Shown one piece after another: positions 20,401 to 28,426 of a stretch of DNA of 64,000 nt. The translations under genes and the position numbers were made by a program. The notes beneath the pieces were generated by a model, which did no database searches, had not been told where the DNA came from, and saw nothing but the letters and a program-made list of their open reading frames with translations. Source of the stretch: an uncultured Eubacteriales bacterium (GTDB lineage Bacteria > Bacillota > Clostridia > Oscillospirales > CAG-272); the NCBI GenBank assembly GCA_900548735.1, contig URMC01000001.1, forward strand, positions 240 through 64,239. Direction: 5' to 3'. Position 1 is the first letter of the stretch. Each line of letters starts with the position of its first letter.

Positions 20401-20597
20401 CGTTTTATGACAACTGCGGAGAGGATGAGCAATTGGCAATACAGTTGCACAAAGCTGTTTTGTCCTCTAAAATGGACGGATTCAGGAATAATCCCACAAA
20501 AGAAAACAGAATCAAGCGTGCATTGTATCAAGTTTTAAAAAACGATGAAACGGTTGAACGCATATATAAAATTGTCGTGGAACAAGAGGAATATTGA
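17496..20597 (+). CDS. hsdR: type I restriction endonuclease subunit R
   Basis: N-terminal PD-(D/E)xK nuclease RPDLVVYVNGIALAVIELKR. Helicase motif I HTQGSGKTLT and motif II FVDECHRTQ. Confidence 0.9.
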   Translation: MPHIDQVEKATQNRVIKFFVNNLHYTYFGDLHDSENSNIMQERLYAYLTGKGGYSDKLALRSIDELVRTAGNLQRGLYDANKQVYCLLKYGAKISEEAGEAPKTVFFINFENPAENDFAIAEEVTVVGNNTKRPDLVVYVNGIALAVIELKRSSVSVSEGIRQNLTNQTAHFIENFFTTVQFCMAGNDSEGLRYGTLLTPEKHYYEWQDDGFGEFPEERNETDVLIEEKSKAIEHPLDKQLYAMFYKKRFLDLIHNFIIFDKGIKKVCRYNQYYAIKRAQYRLTEEKRGGIIWHTQGSGKTLTMIWLSKWLLSNNPNARVLIVTDREELDDQIEKAYKGVDETIVRTKSGDDLVKRLNAFDDRLICSLIHKFGKKGGDVTEKDIDKYIEEIKTALPENYCAKGDFIVFVDECHRTQSGKLHAAMKTIIPNGIFVGFTGTPLLKKDKKTSLETFGGYIHTYKFDEAVRDGVVLDLRYEYRDIPQEIKSQDKIDTWFEVKTRGLTPRAQARLKSMWATMQKVFSSRSRLEKIALDIQFDFETKPRLMDGNGNAMLVAGSVYSACKYYEIFQQIGFKKCAIISSYEPQAGDLRTDTVSDDEETETFEKYDIYKKMLGGQSVEDFEKEAKRKFVEEPANMKLLIVVDKLLTGFDAPPCTYLYIDKAMHDHGLFQAICRVNRLDGESKDFGYIVDYKQLFGDLADAINTYTSGAFEDYDAEDVEGLLKDRTEESKKYFLETIDALDELCEGVAVPKTELDYIHYFCGENGVDPDNDEAFARSREKLYKLVSRLIRAYAEFKPRMDDAGFSATEQSGFEKRVNTYIKLREVIGRASGDFLDFKQFEPGMRYLIDNYIVADDAEKIAIFDDFTLLDFILAQEDKLNQDGESKEQESAAEAIENNIRKKVVQKIVINPAYYSKMSEVLEQLILDRKRGVIAYKQLLERYLELAKNVSTPEENARYPESIRKSGAMRAFYDNCGEDEQLAIQLHKAVLSSKMDGFRNNPTKENRIKRALYQVLKNDETVERIYKIVVEQEEY

Positions 20598-21316
20598 TGC
20601 AAATTGAGATTTCTGGAATTACAATAGACATACAAAAAAAGAATATCAAAAATATGCATCTTGCTGTTTTACCTCCCGACGGGAAGGTGCGCGTTTCAGC
20701 TCCGATGCATTTGTCGGATGAAAGCATCGCTATGTTCGTTCGGACCAAGCTTGTCTGGATAAAAAAACAACAGGAAAAGTTTGCACTTCAACCCCGGCAA
20801 TCCGAACGTGAGTTTATTTCCGGCGAAACACTATATGTTTTTGGTAAACAGTATTTTCTGCGAGTGATGTACAGTTATAAGGGAAACTCTCTTGTACTCA
20901 ACGGCAATGAAGCCGTCCTAACGGTACGAAAGGAAAGCACGGCAAGGCAGCGTGAAGCGTTTGTTAATGAATGGTACCGTGATTTGCTGAAAGAAAAGAT
21001 AAGCATCTATTTACCAAAATGGGAACAGATAACCGGGTTGTATTGTGATTCCTGGCAGACGAAATACATGACTACCCGTTGGGGAACCTGCAATACAAAC
21101 ACCCGCAAAATATGGTTCAATCTGCAACTTGCAAAAAAGCCGATAGAATGTCTGGAATATGTTATTCTCCACGAATTGGCACATTTGAAAGTGAAAAACC
21201 ACGGAAAGGATTTCATTGCAATTTTAGATATGTATATGCCATACTGGAGAGAAACTAAGAAATTGCTGAATGATTTTAAACTTGATTATATGGAATCAAA
21301 AGAGTTAGAAGAATAA
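20597..21316 (+). CDS. YgjP/DUF45-type (M48-like) zinc metallopeptidase
   Basis: HExxH in VILHELAHLKVKNHGKDF. The ATG overlaps the hsdR TGA (TTGATG). Confidence 0.8.
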   Translation: MQIEISGITIDIQKKNIKNMHLAVLPPDGKVRVSAPMHLSDESIAMFVRTKLVWIKKQQEKFALQPRQSEREFISGETLYVFGKQYFLRVMYSYKGNSLVLNGNEAVLTVRKESTARQREAFVNEWYRDLLKEKISIYLPKWEQITGLYCDSWQTKYMTTRWGTCNTNTRKIWFNLQLAKKPIECLEYVILHELAHLKVKNHGKDFIAILDMYMPYWRETKKLLNDFKLDYMESKELEE

Positions 21317-21357
21317 ACAAAGTATTAAGCAGAAAATCCACAAGATAGGAGGACGCC

Positions 21358-22740
21358 ATGGCAAAAAAGAAAGTTAAAAAAAGAGATTTTTCAAAGGCAA
21401 AGGAAAAGGCAATAAAGGCGTTGAAAATCTCCGCGAAAGCATTGATTGCGATTATAGGAATTACTATAACTGTTGCATTTTTAGTTGTTCCATTTTTACA
21501 TAATAAAATAGATGCTGTAGTTGCGAAATGCATATGGTATCCTGCGAGCATAGTGTTTGCTGCATCTGCAATTGTAAATATGGTTAAGCAACCGAAGCAA
21601 TCTGTAAAACATCCGATGTCCGATTTTATAGGAAATCTCGGTATTGTTCCAATTATTGTAATTCTCGGTAGTGCTTTTGTTATAAATTATTATACTACCG
21701 CTTATACTTGGTGGTGGGCTATATTCATTTTAGTTGCTCTTTTTCTGCCATCCATCACATTTGGGTTGCGCAACTTTTTGAAAAAGGAGAATGAGTATAC
21801 CGACGATCAATTAAAAATATCTTTGAAGATTAGTTGGAAATACGTTGGCTTCTATTGGCTGATGGATCTGTTCTATATGGCAATTTTTAATTATTGGATC
21901 GCTGATGTACAGTCACAAACGATTTGGCTTACGTTGCAGTTTGTTTTTGGCGGATTGGCGATGGTATACATCTTTTACAATCTCGCAAGAGCATTTCTCT
22001 CCAACGCTCAAAAACGGTGGTGGGGGCTGTTACAAGATTTCATGTGGGGTATTGCAATCACCATCTACTTGATATTCCTTATCCCCAATGACGCTCTTCA
22101 AACCATCGTACTGTCAATCACAGCAGCAGTATATGGCGGATTGTTAACACTGGTAGGTGTTGCTTGGACGATTAAGGATACTAATGAGAAACGAAAAGAA
22201 GATTTGTTACGTATTGAAAATGAGCGAAAAGAAGAAGAAAGAAAAAAACATATTCCGTATATAAGGGTTTCCTTTGATGTGGACAATCTTCCGCCCGTTG
22301 TAGTAAATGCTAACATTACTAAAGGATTAGATTTCGAAAAGAAGGAAGATCTTACTCTTCTAAAAAACAAAATGTTTTATTCTGTGAACATTAAAAACTT
22401 TGATATAAAAAACATTTCTTCGCAAAACATTATTATTAAAGGAATTATTGTTCACGGGAAATTTTATGAATTCTCCTCAGAAGAAATTCTCGAACCAAAT
22501 GTGTGCTGTAAAATACAAACCACAAATAATTGGTGGATACCTGTTGCTCATCCAACGAACAAGCTTACATTAATTGTTAGCGATGTAATTGGTAATCTGT
22601 ATGAAATTGAATGCCATATATCATATGATATTGAAACATCGCGTCATCAAATAGCAACCGTTGGAGATGAAGAATATACAGGGTTTGAATGCTCCTACAT
22701 AGTAACATCCGTAGGATTACCTATATTCATTCCGCAATAA
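21358..22740 (+). CDS. hypothetical polytopic membrane protein with charged linker and C-terminal soluble beta-rich domain
   Basis: SD AGGAGG upstream. By eye there are about 7-8 hydrophobic helices in residues 25-270. These are followed by KRKEDLLRIENERKEEERKK and a ~170-aa C-terminal domain. I recognise no family. Confidence 0.6.
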   Translation: MAKKKVKKRDFSKAKEKAIKALKISAKALIAIIGITITVAFLVVPFLHNKIDAVVAKCIWYPASIVFAASAIVNMVKQPKQSVKHPMSDFIGNLGIVPIIVILGSAFVINYYTTAYTWWWAIFILVALFLPSITFGLRNFLKKENEYTDDQLKISLKISWKYVGFYWLMDLFYMAIFNYWIADVQSQTIWLTLQFVFGGLAMVYIFYNLARAFLSNAQKRWWGLLQDFMWGIAITIYLIFLIPNDALQTIVLSITAAVYGGLLTLVGVAWTIKDTNEKRKEDLLRIENERKEEERKKHIPYIRVSFDVDNLPPVVVNANITKGLDFEKKEDLTLLKNKMFYSVNIKNFDIKNISSQNIIIKGIIVHGKFYEFSSEEILEPNVCCKIQTTNNWWIPVAHPTNKLTLIVSDVIGNLYEIECHISYDIETSRHQIATVGDEEYTGFECSYIVTSVGLPIFIPQ

Positions 22741-22767
22741 TACAAATACTTAGATGGAAATTTGGCA

Positions 22768-23145
22768 ATGACAAAACAACAATTCCTTGAATACTGCCTC
22801 ACTACATACAACACATCTCCGGACTATCCGTTTGATGAGGATTTTGAAACGGCGGTGCTCCGGCACGCGGATAATCGCAAGTGGTATGCACTCGTGATGC
22901 GGGTATCACGTCGCAAGTTCGGTTTTGACAGCAACGAGGTCATCGACGTTGTCAATCTGAAGCTGCCGGTGGAGATGTTCGGCTCCTTTGGCGCGGCGGA
23001 CGGTGTCTATCCCGCCTATCACATGAACAAGCTCCATTGGATCTCGGTGCTTCTGCCCGACGCGCCCGAGGATGTAGTGCGGTTCCTTGTGAACGTGAGC
23101 TTTGAGGCAACGAAGGACAAGAGAAAACGTCAAAAGAACATTTGA
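22768..23145 (+). CDS. MmcQ/YjbR family protein
   Basis: YPFDEDFETAVLRHADNRKWYALVM...KLHWISVLL is YjbR-like. It is GC-richer than its neighbours. Confidence 0.7.
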   Translation: MTKQQFLEYCLTTYNTSPDYPFDEDFETAVLRHADNRKWYALVMRVSRRKFGFDSNEVIDVVNLKLPVEMFGSFGAADGVYPAYHMNKLHWISVLLPDAPEDVVRFLVNVSFEATKDKRKRQKNI

Positions 23146-23186
23146 ACAGTAAAGGGATGGATCGCGCCATCCCTTTTTGTAATATT

Positions 23187-24491
23187 TTATGCTTCTAAAC
23201 TATCCTTATCAAGCAAAAATTCCTTTACGCCAATCATAACATATCCTTTTTCATCACGGCGGGGTTTCATACTCTTTTCAACAACGACGATCTTTTTGAA
23301 AGAATCCATGGTCTTATCAAAAGATGCGGTTTCTTGTTCGTACTTGGTCTGATCGGGAATCGCATACGCGGACTGAATATAGTATTTTTTGCTGCCGAGA
23401 GTAGCAATGAAGTCAATCTCGAGTTGGGTGCGGGTTTCTTTTCCGTCTGCGTCTCTTTCGCGTGATTCTACCATACCCACATCCACTTGGTAGCCTCTGT
23501 AACGAAGCTCATTATAAATAATATTCTCCATAATGTGAGTGCCTTCAATCTGGCGGAAATTCAAACGAGCGTTGCGAAGACCGATATCCTCAAAGTAAAT
23601 TTTATAAGGAGTGCCTATATATTTTCTGCCTTTGACATTATATCGCTTCACACGGGTGAGCATAAAGGCATCTTCCATATGGGAGATATAACGGTCTACG
23701 GTAGCATCGCAGATTCTGTTGCCGCCGTGAACACTATTCATAGTGTTCGCAATGTTTCGAGGATTGGTAAGAGCCGAGATATCGGATGCAACAACATCAA
23801 GAACTTCTCCAATGGTTACTTCATCCTGCAATCCGTAACGATTTTTTATGTCGCGCAAGTAAAGATTTTGCATCTGAGAAATAAGGTAATTGGACTTCTG
23901 TTCTTCGGTTGCCATAAGTGCTACAGCCGGTAAGCCGCCATAGATAGAATAATCGTCAAAGGCCTCGCTTTTATCGCCGCCTTTGAACGCATAATACTCC
24001 GAGAAGGATAGAGGGAGTACGTGAACCTCATCACCTCTGCCTTCAAATTCGGTCAGAATATCCTTTGATAAGAATTTGGAATTGCTTCCGGTTACATATA
24101 CGTCAAGATTGCTTTTGCGAAGAAATCCGTTCATAACCGATTCAAACGCTCCGAGCTTTTGTACCTCGTCAAGCAGAATATAGTGCATCTCTTTGTCTGC
24201 AATCTGTGGTTGCAACCAATTCAAAAATTTAGAGGGATCGACTTTTCTGTCCTCACGTTCATTATCGAGAACGATAGGATCTTCTCCGATTTTCAATAAA
24301 TCGTCAGCCGAGTCGAACGCAAATTTAATAATATGATCCTCTGCTATGTTTTCTGCAATTAAGTGATTATAAAACAAAGTGTTGAGCAAATATGATTTTC
24401 CGCTTCTGCGAATACCGGTAATAACCTTTATGAAGCCGTTGTATTTTCTGACAATCAGTCTATTTAGATAAACGTCTCTTTTAATCTCCAT
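23187..24491 (-). CDS. AAA+ ATPase with C-terminal DUF4143 (nuclease-like) domain
   Basis: Walker A GIRRSGKSYLL and Walker B YILLDEVQ. The C-terminal LEIDFIATLGSKKYYIQSAY block is typical of AAA_14/DUF4143 proteins. Start taken as MEIKRDVYL at ATG 24491. Confidence 0.75.
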   Translation of the reverse strand: MEIKRDVYLNRLIVRKYNGFIKVITGIRRSGKSYLLNTLFYNHLIAENIAEDHIIKFAFDSADDLLKIGEDPIVLDNEREDRKVDPSKFLNWLQPQIADKEMHYILLDEVQKLGAFESVMNGFLRKSNLDVYVTGSNSKFLSKDILTEFEGRGDEVHVLPLSFSEYYAFKGGDKSEAFDDYSIYGGLPAVALMATEEQKSNYLISQMQNLYLRDIKNRYGLQDEVTIGEVLDVVASDISALTNPRNIANTMNSVHGGNRICDATVDRYISHMEDAFMLTRVKRYNVKGRKYIGTPYKIYFEDIGLRNARLNFRQIEGTHIMENIIYNELRYRGYQVDVGMVESRERDADGKETRTQLEIDFIATLGSKKYYIQSAYAIPDQTKYEQETASFDKTMDSFKKIVVVEKSMKPRRDEKGYVMIGVKEFLLDKDSLEA

Positions 24492-24500
24492 AATAACCCC

Positions 24501-24616
24501 CATCTAATATTTTTGCCGCAATCGTCACTTTTATTAGATACATTATACACCGTGTTTTTGAAAATTGCAATAGGTTCATCTAATATTTTTGCCTCAAACG
24601 GCGATTTTATTAGATC
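24501..24616. repeat. two ~39-bp direct repeats, each with 8-bp inverted ends (ATCTAATA...TATTAGAT)
   Basis: CATCTAATATTTTTGCCGCAATCGTCACTTTTATTAGAT at 24501-24539 and CATCTAATATTTTTGCCTCAAACGGCGATTTTATTAGAT at 24578-24616, directly upstream of the ATPase start. Confidence 0.8.
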
Positions 24617-24647
24617 AACTGAAGTAACGAGATAAATAACGATTATA

Positions 24648-24669
24648 GGGTGGGGTTTTTCCCCCACCC
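24648..24669 (+). terminator. GC-rich hairpin, terminator-like on the plus strand
   Basis: GGGTGGGG-TTTTT-CCCCCACCC followed by TACTTTTT. No plus-strand CDS lies upstream. Confidence 0.5.
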
Positions 24670-24816
24670 TACTTTTTAAACGAATCTAACATCTCTATGC
24701 GATCTGGATCAAATCATCCCAGACCACTTTTTTGTGTTTGGGTTGTGGTCCCAAGGTTCACGACCACATTAAAAGTCGAAGCATTATGGGCGCTTAAAAA
24801 AATTTTGCGAAAAATA

Positions 24817-24891
24817 TGGAACATTTTGTTCCAGCCCTATTGACAAGAGGAAAATCCTGTGTTATAATGTCGAATGGAACAATTTGTTCCA
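24817..24891 (+). promoter_or_regulatory. promoter with two palindromic operators for the LexA-like repressor
   Basis: O1 TGGAACATTTTGTTCCA (24817-24833). TTGACA (24840-24845), 17-nt spacer, TG-extended TATAAT (24863-24868). O2 TGGAACAATTTGTTCCA (24875-24891), abutting the AAGGAG SD. Confidence 0.65.
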
Positions 24892-24901
24892 AGGAGAAAC
24901 G

Positions 24902-25522
24902 ATGAGTAGAACTACCGATTCGAAAAAGCAGATCATCCTGGATTACATCAACGAATACTACGGAAGCTACGGTGAAACGCCCACGGTGCGTGACATCGCG
25001 GCAGGAACAGGCATTGCCGTTACGAGCGTTCACCGTTATCTTTCTGCTATGAAAGAGGACGGCGAACTGGAATACAACGGTCGCCGTTCCGTCAGCACCC
25101 GCCGCATGGAGATGGAGCAGGTCGCTCACGCCATGCCAGTGCTTGGCTACGTAGCCTGCGGAGAAGGTCAGGAAGAAACCGAGCAGGTCATCGAATACAT
25201 TCGTATGCCCGAATCCTTGGTTGGCAAGGGCGAATTCTTTGCGCTGATCGCAAAGGGCGAGTCGATGATCGACGCAGGGATTCATCCCGGCGATTACGTG
25301 ATGATCCGCAAGCAGAACACCGCAGATATCGGTGACATTGTCGTTGCACTTGATGGGGGACTCAACAACCTGAAAGTCCTCGGCTTCAACAATGCCAAGG
25401 GCAGATATTTCCTTCGCTCCTGCAACGAGGACAAAAAACGTTACGGTGACATCTATCCCGAAGAACTTCAGATTCAGGGCGTTGCCGTTTGCGTTGCACA
25501 CAGGCTCAAAAAGATACTGTAA
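24902..25522 (+). CDS. LexA-like (S24 peptidase) transcriptional repressor
   Basis: N-terminal winged-helix region (ETPTVRDIAAGTGIAVTSVHRYL). C-terminal S24 fold with GESMIDAGIHPGDYVMIRKQ and NNLKVL. Confidence 0.8.
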   Translation: MSRTTDSKKQIILDYINEYYGSYGETPTVRDIAAGTGIAVTSVHRYLSAMKEDGELEYNGRRSVSTRRMEMEQVAHAMPVLGYVACGEGQEETEQVIEYIRMPESLVGKGEFFALIAKGESMIDAGIHPGDYVMIRKQNTADIGDIVVALDGGLNNLKVLGFNNAKGRYFLRSCNEDKKRYGDIYPEELQIQGVAVCVAHRLKKIL

Positions 25523-25843
25523 CCTCACCTTTCACATAACAGCATCTTTGCCGATTCACAATTGAATATTTCTTTATCTATCGCGTAAAAAACACGATCC
25601 ATCCTCCCGACCTCTTAACCGGGAATCAAGGGTAGGTATCTGTTGCGTTAGAGTGTACATAGGAAAACCATAAGTTTTGGCTTATGTTTTTTCGTTATGC
25701 TCTGCAACAGATACCTGCCCTTTTTTGCGTTTGTTTCCAAGGCGCAAAAGGAAGGCAGAAGAAAAGCAGAGCCACATATCGGGAAACGAGGTGCGCAACT
25801 CCTTTCCCCAATCAAATATTTCTTCAACGAAAGGAGATTACGA

Positions 25844-26935
25844 ATGCAAAGTAATCCACACAAGCTCACCGTAATAGACGGTGAAACACTCATGGACAAA
25901 AGACTTCCGCCTACGAAGTTTTGCGTTGACACGCTACTGCCTCAAGGGCTCTGCATCCTTGGCGGTTCACCCAAGGTAGGCAAATCGTGGCTGGTGCTTG
26001 ACCTCTGCGTCCACGTCGCCCAAGGAACGCCCTTGTGGGGGCTTGACGTGACGAGGGGAGATGTGCTCTACCCCTGCCTGGAAGACAGTGAGAGGCGGAT
26101 CCAGGAGCGCCTGAACACCATCACGGACAACGTTCCCGACGGGATGTATTTCGCTACCGGATGCACTTCCATCGAAAGCGGTGTCTGCAACTGGCTTCGG
26201 GATTTCAAGCGTCAGCACCCGGAGGTGTCCCTCATAGCCATCGACACCTTCCAGCTCATCCGCACGCCCACGCCCGAGGTTTCCTACGGTGGTGACTATG
26301 CCGAGCTTCGTGTCCTCAAGGAGCTTGCCGACGAGCTTGGAATCTGCCTTCTGCTCGTCCACCATCTGCGGAAGATGAATGACCGCGATCCCGTCAATAA
26401 ACTCTCGGGCAGTACAGGTATCTCGGGTGCGGTGGATGCTATATTCGTCCTGGACAAGAACGAGAGGATCGAACGGTTCGCTACCCTCTATGCTTCGGGT
26501 AGGGATATACGCGACCGAAAGATACAGCTGGAGCTCGATAAAGATGCCTGCGTCTGGACACTCATTGCCGACAGCCTGACCATGCCCGAAACCATGCTTC
26601 CCGATGAAATGGCATATGTGTTTGGCTTCGTTTGGAGATCAAAAAACCATGAATTCGTCGGAACGAACACCGAACTGGCTCATCACGTTTCCATCGCGTT
26701 AGGGAAAGAGGTCAATCCCAAGGGGCTCAAGCAAATGATGAACCGCTACCGTTATCAGCTGGAAGACCTCGGTGTTTTCTTCGAGAGCAAGCGGAGCAAC
26801 GGACAGAAATTCGTTGTGGTCAAATACCGTTCTCCCTCTGACGGTGACTCAAGTGCCTCAAGTGACTCTGTTTCTTCTGCTCTCACAGATTCCGTCCCTT
26901 TCGTCCCTTGCGTTCCTGCGGGGGATGTCGGATGA
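25844..26935 (+). CDS. AAA_25/RepA-like RecA-fold ATPase
   Basis: ATG 25844 follows AAAGGAG. Walker A GGSPKVGKSWLVLDL and Walker B-like LIAIDTF. The C-terminal tail is Ser-rich. Confidence 0.7.
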   Translation: MQSNPHKLTVIDGETLMDKRLPPTKFCVDTLLPQGLCILGGSPKVGKSWLVLDLCVHVAQGTPLWGLDVTRGDVLYPCLEDSERRIQERLNTITDNVPDGMYFATGCTSIESGVCNWLRDFKRQHPEVSLIAIDTFQLIRTPTPEVSYGGDYAELRVLKELADELGICLLLVHHLRKMNDRDPVNKLSGSTGISGAVDAIFVLDKNERIERFATLYASGRDIRDRKIQLELDKDACVWTLIADSLTMPETMLPDEMAYVFGFVWRSKNHEFVGTNTELAHHVSIALGKEVNPKGLKQMMNRYRYQLEDLGVFFESKRSNGQKFVVVKYRSPSDGDSSASSDSVSSALTDSVPFVPCVPAGDVG

Positions 26936-26969
26936 AGCGTTTATCGCCAGTTTCGCCTTTGTATTACGA

Positions 26970-27125
26970 CCGCCGAAACGGCGGCCGCAAAGGCGTCGGG
27001 CTATGCCCATACCTCTACGCCGTAGGCGTAACTTCTTTTGCCTGCAAAAGAAATATAACGACGGTGTTTGCACCGTCATATCACGTTGCCGCAAGGCAAC
27101 ATTTCACATTCCGCTTGCGGAATAT
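26970..27125 (+). promoter_or_regulatory. oriT-like cluster of six short inverted repeats upstream of mobC
   Basis: The six repeats are: CCGCCG-AAA-CGGCGG; TACGCC-GTA-GGCGTA; CTTTTGC-CT-GCAAAAG; GACGGTG-TTTG-CACCGTC; GTTGCC-GCAA-GGCAAC; ATTCCGC-TT-GCGGAAT. Confidence 0.45.
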
Positions 27126-27153
27126 TTCACCCTTACAGAAAGGATTTCACTCT

Positions 27154-27474
27154 ATGAATGATAAAGAAAATAAAAGCGTGATCATTTCTTTTCGTGTGAC
27201 TGCTGAAGAAAAGAAGTGGATTGAGGATCGTTCCTACGGTCGTTATCGCCTCATCAGCGACTTCGTACGGGACTGTGTTTTCAAAAAAGAAATGATTATC
27301 ATCACAGGTGCTGACGATGTAGCCGCAGAGCTTCGCCGCATCGGAAACAACATCAATCAGCTCACGCGAGCCGTCAACGCGGGATTCGTCTCCCAGATCA
27401 ATCTGACAGAGACGAGAAAGGAGCTTGAAAAAATATGGCAATCGTTAAATTCGTTGCTTCGGGTTGCCCAATGA
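27154..27474 (+). CDS. mobC: plasmid mobilization relaxosome protein MobC
   Basis: ISFRVTAEEKKWIEDRS (RHH-like) and LRRIGNNINQLTRAVN, typical of MobC. Confidence 0.8.
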   Translation: MNDKENKSVIISFRVTAEEKKWIEDRSYGRYRLISDFVRDCVFKKEMIIITGADDVAAELRRIGNNINQLTRAVNAGFVSQINLTETRKELEKIWQSLNSLLRVAQ

Positions 27475-28412
27475 ATAACATTTTTCCCTACGTGATGAAC
27501 CGGGAAAAGACCGATGAGAATCTGATTTCGGGCATCAACTGCTCCCCCGATACGGTGCTTCAGGAGTTCACTTTTGTGAAAAAGCAATTCAAGAAAGAGG
27601 ACGGCAGGACCTACGTTCACATCGTACAAGCCTTCAGTCCCGACGATGATCTCACCCCCGAGGTCGCTCACGAGATCGGTCTGCGCTTCGCCGAATACTT
27701 CGGAGGCTATCAAGCGTTGGTTGCCACGCACCGAAACACCGACCACATCCACAATCACATCATTCTCAACTCGGTGAACATGGAAACGGGAAAGAAATTT
27801 CATCAGAGTGCCGCCGAGCTGCGGCAGGTCAAGGAGTATTCCAACAAGCTCTGCCGGGAGTACGGTCTCTCGGAAACCGAAACCAAATCTTCCTTCGGGG
27901 CTATGCCGAAGTGGAAATCACAGCTACGAAACAAAGCATATTCTGTGGCAAACCGCACGCGATCCAAGGAAGATTTCATCTTTGAAATGGAGATGCACGG
28001 CTACAAGGTGGACTGGCAGGAGGGACATAAGTATATCACCTTCACCACGCCGGACGGTCACAAATGCCGTGACAATAAGCTCTTTGCCGAGCAGCTTCTC
28101 CGAAAAAATCTGGAGATCTACTATCTCCTCGGCGGTTGTGAATCGGGGCTGGCGGATCAGTACAAGTCGTATGTAAACGATCTTCGCCCGGAACACAGCT
28201 ACACCGTGGGCGAAGGACTCTTCCATCTTCTGAAAAATCTGCTCGAAACGATGCCATACGAGGGGCGCTTCACACCGCCGGTTGAAGACCATCAGCTCGA
28301 CAAAATGACCGTGATGATGCTGGAAATGATGGGCATCAAGGTCGAACCCAAGGCGCTTTTACAGTACAGCGCAAACCAAGAACGTGAAAACGAATACGGC
28401 CTTTATATGTAA
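27435..28412 (+). CDS. relaxase/mobilization nuclease (MobA/VirD2 family)
   Basis: His-triad region ATHRNTDHIHNHIILNSVN. The N-terminal MAIVKFV...YVMNREKT is typical of the family. Confidence 0.8.
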   Translation: MAIVKFVASGCPMNNIFPYVMNREKTDENLISGINCSPDTVLQEFTFVKKQFKKEDGRTYVHIVQAFSPDDDLTPEVAHEIGLRFAEYFGGYQALVATHRNTDHIHNHIILNSVNMETGKKFHQSAAELRQVKEYSNKLCREYGLSETETKSSFGAMPKWKSQLRNKAYSVANRTRSKEDFIFEMEMHGYKVDWQEGHKYITFTTPDGHKCRDNKLFAEQLLRKNLEIYYLLGGCESGLADQYKSYVNDLRPEHSYTVGEGLFHLLKNLLETMPYEGRFTPPVEDHQLDKMTVMMLEMMGIKVEPKALLQYSANQERENEYGLYM

Positions 28413-28426
28413 CGAAAGGAGATTCA

